Positions 16,827 to 25,898 of a stretch of 28,964 nt of DNA are shown here, piece after piece. The notes under the pieces were generated by a model that worked only from the letters and a program-made list of their open reading frames with translations, searched no databases and had not been told where the DNA came from. A program made the translations under genes and the position numbers. The stretch is from an uncultured Trueperaceae bacterium (GTDB lineage: Bacteria > Deinococcota > Deinococci > Deinococcales > Trueperaceae). Numbering within the stretch: the stretch's first letter is position 1; every line of letters starts with the position of its first letter. The DNA is taken from positions 1-28,964 of the forward strand of contig CAWCXJ010000014.1 in NCBI GenBank assembly GCA_963799485.1, written 5' to 3'.

Positions 16827-18131
16827 ATGATACCGCGCTACAGCACCCCCGAAATGACCGCCTTGTGGAGCGAGACCAGGCGCTACCAAACCTGGCTCAC
16901 CGTCGAACTCGCCGCCACCCGGGCGTGGGAAGCGCTCGGCGACGTTCCCGCAGGCACCGCCGACGCCTTGCAAGACAAAGCCGACGCCGCGCCGCTGGAC
17001 GACGCTTTCGCCGTAAAAGTTGCCGAACTAGAAGCCCAGACCCGTCACGATATCGTGGCGTTTACGCGGGCGCTCACTGAACGGTTTGGTGATCCCGCCC
17101 GTTTTATCCACCTGGGTCTGACGAGTACCGACGTGGTAGATTCGGCGCAAAACCTCGTGCTGCGTGAAGCTTTGACGCTCATTTTAGCCGACGCGCAAGG
17201 TTTAGCCGACGCACTCAGAGAAAAAGCCGTCATGTATAAACACACGCCCTGCATCGGGCGCACGCACGGCGTTCACGCCGAACCGATGACCTTCGGGCTT
17301 AAATTCTTGAACTTTTACGCCGCGTTGCAGCGGGACACAGAGCGGTTGGGACGAGCCAAAGACGCAATCTCTGTTTTGATGCTTTCAGGTTCGGTCGGGA
17401 CTTACGCACACGTGCCGCCGGAAATCGAAGTAAGGGTTGCTGAAACCCTCGGCCTCGAGCCCGACCCGGTAACGAATCAGACCGTCGCCCGCGACCGGCA
17501 CGCCGAGGTGCTAAGCGCGCTGGCGATTTTCGGGACGACTTTAGAGCGTATCGCGCTGGAAATCCGTCACCTGCAGCGGAGCGAAGTCCGTGAGGCGCAA
17601 GAGGGTTTTGCGGTGGGGCAGACCGGCAGTTCATCCATGCCGCACAAAAAAAATCCGATTGCCACGGAAAACATCACCGGGATTGCGCGGCTTTTGCGGA
17701 GTAATCTGCAAGCGGGGCTCGAGAACGTCGCCTTATGGCACGAACGCGACATCTCGCATTCAGCCGCCGAACGCGTCATTTTGCCTGACAGCACGACCCT
17801 GGCGAGTTACGCCTGCCGCCGTTTGACCCGGGTCGTCCGTGACCTGATTGTCTACCCGGAGGCGATGCTTACAAACATGGACGCGCTCAACGGCCTCGTG
17901 TATTCGCAGCGGGTGCTGCACAAGCTCATCGAAGCGGGGCTGATGCGCGAGCGAGCTTACGACATTGTGCAGCGGGCGTCTTTAACGACGTGGGAGACGG
18001 GTGAGCATTTACGGGCTGTGCTTGCCAAAGACCCCGAAATTACGCTCAGCGCCGAACAGTTGGCAGGTGCGTTTGACCCGGCGTGGTATCTGCAGCAGGT
18101 AGATGCGGTTTACGGGCGGTTTGAGCTGTAA
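16827..18131 (+). CDS. purB: Adenylosuccinate lyase
   Basis: [46 protein letters not shown] and HERDISHS motifs; -10 TAATTT 6 nt before the ATG. Confidence 0.97.
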   Translation: MIPRYSTPEMTALWSETRRYQTWLTVELAATRAWEALGDVPAGTADALQDKADAAPLDDAFAVKVAELEAQTRHDIVAFTRALTERFGDPARFIHLGLTSTDVVDSAQNLVLREALTLILADAQGLADALREKAVMYKHTPCIGRTHGVHAEPMTFGLKFLNFYAALQRDTERLGRAKDAISVLMLSGSVGTYAHVPPEIEVRVAETLGLEPDPVTNQTVARDRHAEVLSALAIFGTTLERIALEIRHLQRSEVREAQEGFAVGQTGSSSMPHKKNPIATENITGIARLLRSNLQAGLENVALWHERDISHSAAERVILPDSTTLASYACRRLTRVVRDLIVYPEAMLTNMDALNGLVYSQRVLHKLIEAGLMRERAYDIVQRASLTTWETGEHLRAVLAKDPEITLSAEQLAGAFDPAWYLQQVDAVYGRFEL

Positions 18132-18199
18132 AGGAGCGGTTACGGCTCGCAGAAAAATCCACAAGCGCCAAGGAACCCTTAACCTGCTATAGTCAGGCC

Positions 18200-18925
18200 G
18201 TGATCGGGGTTCCTGAAAAACACGCGCAGCGTTACGAGGGCAAGGCTAAAAAGGTCTACGCCACGAGCGACGCCGGACTTTACATCGTCGAGTATAAAGA
18301 CGACGCGACCGCCTTTAACGCGCAAAAACGCGGGCAGATTGCCGGCAAGGGGGCGGTCAACAACGCCGTCTCGAGCAAAGTGTTCGGGCTCCTGGAAAAG
18401 CAGGGCGTCAAAACGCATTTTGTGCAAAAATTGAGTGAACGTGAGCAACTCGTCCGCGCCGTAAAGATTATTCCGCTCGAGGTCGTCGTGCGCCCCTACG
18501 CCGCCGGGTCGTTCGCCAAGCGTTACGGGACCGAAGAGGGCGGCAAGCTCATACCGACGGTGCTCGAGTGGTGCTACAAGTCCGACCACCTCGGCGACCC
18601 GCCCTTAAACGACGATACGGCGTTGGCGCTCGGCTTGGCAAACAAGCGTGAACTCGCGGAACTGCGGCAACAGGCGCTTGAAATCAACGAACTTTTAACC
18701 GAGATGTTCGGGCGCGTCGGTCTTAGACTAGTTGACTTCAAGCTCGAGTTCGGTCTTTTGGCCACGGGTGAAATCGTTCTGGCCGACGAAATCAGCCCCG
18801 ATACCTGCCGGTTGTGGGACTTTGAAACGAACGAGCGTTTGGACAAAGACCGTTTTCGCCGCGACCTGGGCGGCGTCGAAGCAGCCTATCGAGAGGTCGC
18901 GCGGCGGGTTTTGGAAAGGCTGTAG
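18200..18925 (+). CDS. purC: SAICAR synthetase
   Basis: [45 protein letters not shown] and LDKDRFR motifs; extended -10 TGcTATAGT 6 nt before the GTG. Confidence 0.97.
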   Translation: MIGVPEKHAQRYEGKAKKVYATSDAGLYIVEYKDDATAFNAQKRGQIAGKGAVNNAVSSKVFGLLEKQGVKTHFVQKLSEREQLVRAVKIIPLEVVVRPYAAGSFAKRYGTEEGGKLIPTVLEWCYKSDHLGDPPLNDDTALALGLANKRELAELRQQALEINELLTEMFGRVGLRLVDFKLEFGLLATGEIVLADEISPDTCRLWDFETNERLDKDRFRRDLGGVEAAYREVARRVLERL

Positions 18926-19189
18926 ATGACGGACTATCACGCTGAAATCAAAGTGATGTTAAAACGTTCTATCCTCGACCCGCAGGGCCGCGCGGTCGAA
19001 ACGACGCTCCACCGTTTGGGAACGAAAAACGTTACAAACGTGCGTATCGGCAAGCACCTGACGCTGACCCTTTCAGGTGAACGTGCCGAGGTCGAGGCGC
19101 AACTAGAACGGCTTATCGAACAAGTGCTCAGCAATCCGGTGATGGAACACGCGAGCTATACCCTGACGGAGCTGGCGACAACAGAATAA
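18926..19189 (+). CDS. purS: FGAM synthase subunit PurS
   Basis: LKRSILDPQG, VRIGK and LSNPVME motifs; abuts purC. Confidence 0.95.
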   Translation: MTDYHAEIKVMLKRSILDPQGRAVETTLHRLGTKNVTNVRIGKHLTLTLSGERAEVEAQLERLIEQVLSNPVMEHASYTLTELATTE

Positions 19190-20014
19190 ATGGTTGTCTG
19201 GGTTCTACTCTTGCTTGCCCTCTGGCTCCTTTTGTGGGAACCCCGGCGGCTACCCGACGTGACGCCCAAAAAGACGCTGCTTTTGGGACACCGGGGCGTT
19301 CGTGGCAGCTTGCCGGAAAACAGTATGCCCGCGTTTGAAGCGGCGTTCGGCGCCGGGCTGGACGGACTCGAGACCGACGTGCAGCGTACCCGCGACGGCG
19401 AACTGGTACTCTATCACGACTTTTTCTTGCCGGATGGACGCCGCCTGACCCGCCTCAGCTACGCCGAACTCCGCCGGGCCGACCCGAACATCCCGACCCT
19501 TGAAGACCTCAGCACACTGGTGCGCTGCCATCCGGGAAAGCTGCTGAACTTGGAGCTAAAAACCGCAGGCTGGCGCACGAGCGGCCTCGAGCGCGCCGTA
19601 GCCAAAGCCCTCGAGACCTGTGGGGCGGAAGGCCGGGTGCTGGTCTCGAGCTTTAATCCGGTGTCGCTTTTGCGGCTGCGCCTCTACTATCCTGAGCTTC
19701 GCGTCGCCCTGCTCTACAGCGAAGACGGCCCCCGCTGGCTCCGCAGCAACGCTGCCGCCAAACTTTTCGCACGGGTCTTACATATGGACGCGCTGCACCC
19801 GCATTACCGGCTTGTCGGCAAAGACTTGACGCGCTGGGCGCACCGGCGCGGCGTGATGCTCAACACCTGGACGGTCAACGATCCGGGAGATGTGAAACTC
19901 CTTACCCTCCAAGGTGTGAACGGTCTTATGGCGGACGATCCGGCGGCGCTTAAAGATGCGTACAAGGAGGCCATGTGGAGCCTGAAAGAAACAAGTCGAA
20001 CCCTGCCGGGGTAG
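19190..20014 (+). CDS. Glycerophosphodiester phosphodiesterase with N-terminal membrane anchor
   Basis: GHRG, PENS, ETDVQRTRDG..HD, NLELK, VSSF and WTVN motifs. Confidence 0.92.
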   Translation: MVVWVLLLLALWLLLWEPRRLPDVTPKKTLLLGHRGVRGSLPENSMPAFEAAFGAGLDGLETDVQRTRDGELVLYHDFFLPDGRRLTRLSYAELRRADPNIPTLEDLSTLVRCHPGKLLNLELKTAGWRTSGLERAVAKALETCGAEGRVLVSSFNPVSLLRLRLYYPELRVALLYSEDGPRWLRSNAAAKLFARVLHMDALHPHYRLVGKDLTRWAHRRGVMLNTWTVNDPGDVKLLTLQGVNGLMADDPAALKDAYKEAMWSLKETSRTLPG

Positions 20015-21069
20015 CTGTCGGGGCCGGACGGTTGGTGCTGGCCGTCGATGACGAACCCGCGATTCGCAAACTGCTCGAGCTGACCCTCGCCGCCGCCGAC
20101 TTCGCTGTGCTGAGCTTTGGGCACCCGCGAGACGCGTTAGAAGAACTGCATAACGGTCTACATCCCGACGTGATCTTGTCCGACGTGACGATGCCGGGGA
20201 TGAACGGTTTCGAGTTTTGCGAGGCGGTGCGCGAACTGCCGGGGTTGCAGGGGGTTCCCTTTTTATTTTTGACCGCCCTGCATGAACGCGCCCACATGCG
20301 CCGCGGCATGTCGCTCGGCGCGGACGATTACCTGACCAAGCCCTTCGACCGTCATGAACTTGTCGGCGCGGTCGAAGGGCGTATCGCGCGCTTTGCCGAG
20401 ATTCGCACGCCTGTGACCGGCAAATTGCACGTGCGCGGTTTCGGCGCGCCGCTTATCGAAAAGGGCCGTCGCCGCCTCGAGTGGGACTCCTTAAAGGCGC
20501 TCGAGCTGCTTTTTTACCTTTTAGAACACCGCGGCGGGGCCAGCACCTTCGAGGTCGCCGAGGCGCTCTGGCCCGGCAAAACCGAAGCCAAGGCGAGCAG
20601 TTCGTTTCATACAACGCTCTACCGGCTGCGTAAAGCCGTCGGCGGCGAGATTGTTCAATCTGCAAGCCGCCGCTACTATCTGCACAGCGGTTTCAAGGTC
20701 GATTACGACGTCGAGCACTACCGGACGGTTGCCGCACGTGCGCGCTCGAGCCGGAGCCTGGAGAACTACGAACGCGCCGCCGAGCTCTACCGCGCCGACT
20801 TTTTACTCGGCGTCGATTCGGACTGGGCCGAAGATATCCGTCTGGATTTGCACACCGCGCATTTGGAGCTGCTTGTCTGCGCCGCCGAAAGCGCCGCCGA
20901 AAGCGGTCATTACGAGAGCGCCATCCGTTTTTACGGCGCGATTACCGAACACGAACCCTACAGTGAAAGCGCCTGGGAAGCCCTCGCCGAGCTTTGGGAG
21001 CGGCGCGGGCACGCCGCGAGAGCCGCCGAGGTACGCGGGCGCTTTCAAACCTTGATGAACGATTTTTAA
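19975..21069 (+). CDS. Response regulator: receiver + wHTH + BTAD (SARP-like)
   Basis: VDDE, LSDVTMPGMNG, LTA and DDYLTKPF receiver motifs; EALWP..FHTTLYRLRK; LYRADFL..W; AAGGAGG RBS before the GTG. Confidence 0.9.
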   Translation: MEPERNKSNPAGVAVGAGRLVLAVDDEPAIRKLLELTLAAADFAVLSFGHPRDALEELHNGLHPDVILSDVTMPGMNGFEFCEAVRELPGLQGVPFLFLTALHERAHMRRGMSLGADDYLTKPFDRHELVGAVEGRIARFAEIRTPVTGKLHVRGFGAPLIEKGRRRLEWDSLKALELLFYLLEHRGGASTFEVAEALWPGKTEAKASSSFHTTLYRLRKAVGGEIVQSASRRYYLHSGFKVDYDVEHYRTVAARARSSRSLENYERAAELYRADFLLGVDSDWAEDIRLDLHTAHLELLVCAAESAAESGHYESAIRFYGAITEHEPYSESAWEALAELWERRGHAARAAEVRGRFQTLMNDF

Positions 21070-21129
21070 CGCCTCTCGAGTGCTCTAGTCAAATGAGAAG
21101 CCGGTTGCATGGCGTAAAAAATGGAAGGC

Positions 21130-21166
21130 AGAAGGGAGGATAGAGGTATCCTGAGTTCTCCCTTCT
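21130..21166. terminator. Possible terminator hairpin between convergent genes
   Basis: AGAAGGGAG...CTCCCTTCT stem with inner GGATA/TATCC pairing. Confidence 0.45.
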
Positions 21167-21194
21167 TAGACTCTTTCTGCTTTTCTAACATTGT

Positions 21195-21590
21195 TCAAGC
21201 TGCCGATATCACTGCCAGCGTACAACGAGACACACAGACGAGTTTGCCGTCTTCGTCTCTAATTTCGACGCTCCAGAGCTGCGTCGTCCGGCCCTGATGT
21301 AGGGGTGTTCCAACCGCTGTGAGCGTCCCGTCCTCTTTGGCGCGCAGGTGGTTGGCGTTAATCTCGAGGCCTACGACGCGACGACCTTGGCCCACGCTGA
21401 CCGACCCGCCGACCGACGCGACCGTTTCAGCGAGCGCGACCGACGCGCCGCCGTGCAAGATACCGAAGGGTTGGTGAACCCGTCCGGAAACGGGCATCGT
21501 CGCCTCGACGCGTTCCGGGGTAGCGAGCGTAACGTCGATACCAAGCGCCTCCATAAGCGTTTTTGGTTCTTCAAAGCCGGTGTTTGACAT
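21195..21590 (-). CDS. PaaI/MenI-like hotdog-fold thioesterase
   Basis: HQPFGILHGGASVALAET, VGLEINANHL and GRTTQLW motifs. Confidence 0.93.
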   Translation of the reverse strand: MSNTGFEEPKTLMEALGIDVTLATPERVEATMPVSGRVHQPFGILHGGASVALAETVASVGGSVSVGQGRRVVGLEINANHLRAKEDGTLTAVGTPLHQGRTTQLWSVEIRDEDGKLVCVSRCTLAVISAA

Positions 21591-21632
21591 TGTTCAGAAT
21601 ATCCTGTTCAGAATATCCTGTTCAGGATACCC
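21591..21632. repeat. Tandem 14-bp repeat x3
   Basis: TGTTCAGAATATCC, TGTTCAGAATATCC, TGTTCAGGATACCC. Confidence 0.9.
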
Positions 21633-21789
21633 CGGTAGAGAGGTCGGGCTCGAGTCTTACGCCAGCAATTTGACGTTACCACCTTGGAAGCTGCTTGCCG
21701 GTCGGTGAAACGTTTGCTCGAGGATGTTAAACTAGCCTCAGCCAAGCGGGAGGTGACATAACCGCTCTTATGATTACCAAGGAGCCGTT

Positions 21790-22659
21790 ATGCCCGTAGT
21801 TCGTACACCCCTCTTTTATCTTCTTTGGACGACCCTACCCCAGCTGCTCTGCTGGGCGCTCCTCTGGGTCGCGCGCACCTCTCAGGGCGTTGCCGCAGCA
21901 GAAGCGCTCCCGCTCATCGTCCTGATCCTGGTCGGGCTGCTTTTTGTAAGCGGTTCGTACCGTCTGGGCCAGCAGCTGACGCCGCGTAGCAAACCGTTAG
22001 TGCTGGGCGCTGCGCTGATACTTAATCTGCTTTTAGCATGGGCTTTGCCGTTGCCATTTATTTTCTTCGTCGCGCCAGTGGTCGCCGTTCTCTCCGGCGA
22101 GGTCTACCGCGTTTTTGGAAGCTCTGCGCCGATGCTCGCGGCGATGAGCGTCTACATCGTGTGTACGCTCCTGGCAAACTTTACCTTCGATTCGTTTTTG
22201 GACTTGCCCTTTTACGGTCAGCTTTCGGTCGGAACGCTTTTTTTCGGGGTGACCTTTACGCAGCGCGACCGCGTTCACGGGTTCGGCAAAACGCGCGCCT
22301 ATCAGATGATCGCGGTTGCCGCCGGTGCAAACCTGGCGCTCTCGGCGTACCTAGGGATTCCGCTGCGGTTTTTGCTCGCCGGGTTTCTCGCTATTTTGGT
22401 CTCCGAAACAGCCGATACCGAAGTTTACGGCAGGCTGATGCAGCGCCGCTGGCTGACCCGCGTGCTGACCTCGAACGCCTTTAGCATCCCGCTCGATTCG
22501 GTGACGTTTACGGCGATTGCCTTTGCCGGAACCTTGAGCGTCGCCACGATGGGCGAAATCGTCTTTGCCGATATTCTGGCTAAAACTGTAGTGGGTTTTC
22601 TGGCAGCGGCGCATGTATTTCGGCGCGGCGCAGCACGTACCGCGTCCGCCGCTTCCTAA
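21790..22659 (+). CDS. VUT/YhhQ-family (queuosine precursor-type) transporter with extra N-terminal TM region
   Basis: LLANFT, VGTLFFGVTFTQRDRVH, SETADTEVY, RVLTSNAFSIPLDSVTFTAIAF; AAGGAG RBS. Confidence 0.82.
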   Translation: MPVVRTPLFYLLWTTLPQLLCWALLWVARTSQGVAAAEALPLIVLILVGLLFVSGSYRLGQQLTPRSKPLVLGAALILNLLLAWALPLPFIFFVAPVVAVLSGEVYRVFGSSAPMLAAMSVYIVCTLLANFTFDSFLDLPFYGQLSVGTLFFGVTFTQRDRVHGFGKTRAYQMIAVAAGANLALSAYLGIPLRFLLAGFLAILVSETADTEVYGRLMQRRWLTRVLTSNAFSIPLDSVTFTAIAFAGTLSVATMGEIVFADILAKTVVGFLAAAHVFRRGAARTASAAS

Positions 22660-22750
22660 TCCGCCTCAAAGCACACTTTAAGCGGGCTTACGGTCGTTTG
22701 GGACGCCTTTCTTTAGGATGCGTTCAGGGACAGCGGAGAACGGGTGAGTT

Positions 22751-22990
22751 ATGGCAGACAGCGAAAGCAGCACCGTGGTGGAAAAAGAAAAGGTTTCGTT
22801 CGTCGACCTCGGGATGGCGCTTTACGAGCGTTTAACCGGGCGCGGCGCAGCGATTAACTACGAATTTGAAAACATGGAGGTCGAGGTGCCGCGCGATACC
22901 GGCCCCGACGCGCCGCGCGCCACCTGGAAACTCAGCGGCAAACTGCGTATCACGACCGACGAACCGGGTAGTCCGAACCGTCCGGGCTGA
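22751..22990 (+). CDS. Small acidic hypothetical protein
   Basis: Host-like codon usage; GGAG and -10-like TAGGAT upstream; DLGMALYERLTGRGAAINYEF..W..SGKLRITT reads as a real compact domain. Confidence 0.72.
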   Translation: MADSESSTVVEKEKVSFVDLGMALYERLTGRGAAINYEFENMEVEVPRDTGPDAPRATWKLSGKLRITTDEPGSPNRPG

Positions 22991-22995
22991 GCGCG

Positions 22996-23355
22996 GTGGC
23001 GCTTTTTGTCGAGGCCGACTTGGGGCTCGTTATCGACGGACAACCCGCAACGCTTGCGGGTTCCGGCAGCGTGCTGCGGCTTACGCTCAGCACGCCCCGG
23101 ACGCTGCGCGCTCTGCGGCAGGTGAGCCTGCCCAACATCACCACGATGAACGGACGTGCGCCGAATTTTACGGACGTACCGGGAGTGCTGGCGTCGCAAG
23201 GGTTGACCCTCGAGGTCGCCGACCAAAAAGGCTTGTTGCTGATTTTGGGGCGCGGCGCTGAGGGCAAATCGCTGAGCCTACCGGGATTCGGGAAGCTCGA
23301 GCATCTCAAACTAGGGAGTAGGAGCGCCATGCTGCGGTTGCTGCAGGGTATCTAG
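22996..23355 (+). CDS. Hypothetical protein, probably co-transcribed with 22751-22990
   Basis: 5-nt gap after the previous stop; fills the space up to the convergent gene. Confidence 0.62.
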   Translation: MALFVEADLGLVIDGQPATLAGSGSVLRLTLSTPRTLRALRQVSLPNITTMNGRAPNFTDVPGVLASQGLTLEVADQKGLLLILGRGAEGKSLSLPGFGKLEHLKLGSRSAMLRLLQGI

Positions 23356-23362
23356 AATAACT

Positions 23363-24004
23363 TTAGAAGCCCAGATGCGCCGTGTCATTGACGGCTTGCA
23401 GCACTGTACCCTGTTTACCGACAGCCACGCGCGTAAGGCTGCCGGTCTGAACGGCGAAACGCCACGCCGCCCCTTCAGGCAACCCGGTAAAGCTGTAGAG
23501 AAGCGCGCGTATCGCGCCGCCGTGCGTAAACGCCGCGACACGGCCCGACGTGGGCAACTCGGCAAGCCACGCCGAGGTTCGCGCCAGCACGTCTTCGTAG
23601 GACTCACCGCCGGGGGCACGCTCCCGGTAGGGGTCTTTGCGCCAGGCTTGCAGCGCGCGGGCGTCCTCGCCGGTCAGTTTGTCCCAGTGTTTACCCTCCC
23701 ACGCGCCGAAGTCGACCTCGCGGAGACGGGGCTCGAGCCGCACCTCCGCAGCCGGGAGCGCCAGCCGCGCGGTGTAACGGGCGCGCGTCAGGTCGGACGC
23801 GTACACCTCGTTAAAGGGGACGTTCGCCAGCCGCTCTGCCAAGAGTTCAGCCTGCTGAATCCCGAACTCGGACAGCGGCGGGTCGCCCTGACCGAGCGCG
23901 CGCCCTTCGCTGTTCCAGGGTGTTTCGCCGTGACAGATAAGCCATAGCTCTAGCACCGGGTGCGCCCCGGTGTTACGGTCGGGTTTACGTTTAGAACCCT
24001 GCAC
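23363..24004 (-). CDS. Histidine phosphatase family protein (CobC/GpmB-like) with RHG changed to CHG; start may be GTG 23956
   Basis: LICHGETPWN, ASDLTRA, LREVDFGAWEG, PGGES, FTHGGAIR and NDTAHL motifs. Confidence 0.88.
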   Translation of the reverse strand: MQGSKRKPDRNTGAHPVLELWLICHGETPWNSEGRALGQGDPPLSEFGIQQAELLAERLANVPFNEVYASDLTRARYTARLALPAAEVRLEPRLREVDFGAWEGKHWDKLTGEDARALQAWRKDPYRERAPGGESYEDVLARTSAWLAELPTSGRVAAFTHGGAIRALLYSFTGLPEGAAWRFAVQTGSLTRVAVGKQGTVLQAVNDTAHLGF

Positions 24005-24110
24005 TTGATATCGAAAGTCACGGTCAAACCGCCTCCAGCGCGGCTCTATTTTATCTACCAGTATGCCGCCCTACCCAAAACCAGCGTAACCGACTTGGGT
24101 TAAGGAGAGC

Positions 24111-24722
24111 TTAAGGGCAGGGCTCGGCCCAGGCCTCGAGGTGCGCGGTATCGTTGACGCTTACGAGCCGGACTTCGTTTTCTGTCACCCTGAGTTTGGT
24201 AATCCCGGTGTTGCTCGCGGAAAACCGCCAATTGCGCGCGCCCTCGACCCCGACGACGTGGTGCAGCAGCGAATAGATCACGCCGCCGTGCGTAACTGCA
24301 GCAACTTTACCCGACTCGGGCAGACTACGCAGCCACGGCACCGTTCTCGCGCTCAGGTCACGGTAGTTTTCGCCACCGGGTGGTCGGACGTTCAGCAGGT
24401 CGCGTTTCATCGCCGCAAACACGTCACGCTGTTCACCTACCAGCTCGGCGCCGAGGTGGCCCTCGAGCACGCCCCGCGAAATCTCGCGCAAACGCTTGTC
24501 GAATACGAATTCGCACCCCGGAAACGCGATTTCCGCCGTTTGCACCGTCCGCTTGAGGTCGGAGCAGTAGACCGTACCGAAATACTCGGCTGCCAGTCTG
24601 CGCCCTAAACGCTTTGCTTGTTCTACGCCGCGCTTGCTCAGGGGGTTGTGCTGCTGCCCCTGAATACGGCGTTCAGCGTTCCAGACCGTTTCTCCGTGAC
24701 GGATCAGCCAAAGCTCGAGCAT
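24111..24722 (-). CDS. Histidine phosphatase family protein (CobC/GpmB-like)
   Basis: LIRHGETVWN, SDLKRT, LREI, VTHGG and NDTAHL motifs; -10 TAGATT 5 nt before the ATG. Confidence 0.92.
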   Translation of the reverse strand: MLELWLIRHGETVWNAERRIQGQQHNPLSKRGVEQAKRLGRRLAAEYFGTVYCSDLKRTVQTAEIAFPGCEFVFDKRLREISRGVLEGHLGAELVGEQRDVFAAMKRDLLNVRPPGGENYRDLSARTVPWLRSLPESGKVAAVTHGGVIYSLLHHVVGVEGARNWRFSASNTGITKLRVTENEVRLVSVNDTAHLEAWAEPCP

Positions 24723-24760
24723 ACGTCAATCTACCGTGTCGCAGTCACCGTAAAAGCAGC

Positions 24761-25795
24761 CTACACCCTCCGGCGCAGCAGCCAGAGGAAAAACGGCCCG
24801 CCGACAAGCGCCGTCACGACCCCGATGGGCACTTCGGCAGGTGCGATCACGGTACGTGCGGCGAGGTCGGCAAGCACCATAAAGACCGCGCCGTACACAA
24901 GCGTCAGTGGCAACAGCGTCCGGTGATCCGGCCCGACGGCTAACCTTACGGTATGCGGCACGATAAGCCCGACAAAACCAATAATTCCGGCGGCGCTGAC
25001 CGCTGCTGCTGTTGCCAGAGTTGCAGCTACGATAAGCAGGGCGCGAAAGCGCTCGACCCGGAGCCCGAGGCCCGCTGCGCTCTCTTCGCCGAGGTTCAGC
25101 ACGTTAAGCCCCTGCGCCGAGGCCAGCGTCACGGTGCCAGCCAGCAGCGCAAACGGTAACACCGACCCCAGCTGCGCCCAGCTCGAGAGTCCAAAACTAC
25201 CTAAGAGCCACGCCAAGACCCGCGCCGCGTCGTCGCGCTGTGAGAGCATCAGCAGTGAAGTGAGGGCGGTGGCGCTCGAGCCCAGCACCACCCCGCCTAA
25301 AATCAAAGAGACGAGGGGTGAAGCCCCGCGCCGCCGTGCCAACAGGAGCGTCAGACCAACTGCCAGGAGCGCAAAAATAAAGCTCATCAGCGGGACACTG
25401 CTAAAGAGCCACGGTAAACCGGAGCCGAAGACCAGCGCGACCGTCGCCCCGAGCCCCGCCCCGCTCGCTACCCCCAAAAGGTATGGGTCGGCCAAAGGAT
25501 TGCGAAAAACACCCTGATACGCCGCGCCCGAAAGCGCCAGCGACCCACCGACGAGCGCCGCCAAAAGCACACGCGGCAAGCGTATCTGCCAGACAATCGT
25601 GTCGCTCGTGCCGGAAAGCTGCCCGGTCAACCCGTGCAAAACAGCCTGCGCTACCTCAGCCGGGCCGAGCGCCACTGCACCAACGCCTGCTGCTAACGTA
25701 AGCACGGCGAGCAAAACCAAAAACGATACAGCGAGCGGCGTCCAGCGCGGCCCGGTCGTCGGCAGCGGCGCAGGCTTTGAAAAAGCGCGCTGCAT
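24761..25795 (-). CDS. FecCD/BtuC-family ABC permease, probably cobalamin uptake
   Basis: IRLPRV, QGVFRNPLADPYLLGVASGA, LGEESAAGLG, GIIGFVGLIVPH and PIGVVTALVGGPFF motifs; lies downstream of a cobalamin riboswitch. Confidence 0.93.
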   Translation of the reverse strand: MQRAFSKPAPLPTTGPRWTPLAVSFLVLLAVLTLAAGVGAVALGPAEVAQAVLHGLTGQLSGTSDTIVWQIRLPRVLLAALVGGSLALSGAAYQGVFRNPLADPYLLGVASGAGLGATVALVFGSGLPWLFSSVPLMSFIFALLAVGLTLLLARRRGASPLVSLILGGVVLGSSATALTSLLMLSQRDDAARVLAWLLGSFGLSSWAQLGSVLPFALLAGTVTLASAQGLNVLNLGEESAAGLGLRVERFRALLIVAATLATAAAVSAAGIIGFVGLIVPHTVRLAVGPDHRTLLPLTLVYGAVFMVLADLAARTVIAPAEVPIGVVTALVGGPFFLWLLRRRV

Positions 25796-25830
25796 CAGCC
25801 GGAGGTTTTTAACTGAACAGGGTTAAGCAT
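25795..25830 (-). CDS. 11-aa leader ORF (MLNPVQLKTSG) coupled to the permease by a TGATG overlap
   Basis: GAGGAGG at 25841-25835, ATG at 25830; TGA 25797-25795 shares its A with the permease ATG. Confidence 0.5.
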   Translation of the reverse strand: MLNPVQLKTSG

Positions 25831-25898
25831 ACGGCCTCCTCGAGCCTCATTCGCACGGGGAGGGCGGCGCAACACTCGGTTCGGTGTATTGGCGTCCG

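Noticed and set aside
21591..21632. Possible CRISPR array
   Set aside because: The 14-bp units are contiguous with no spacers, and no cas genes are present.
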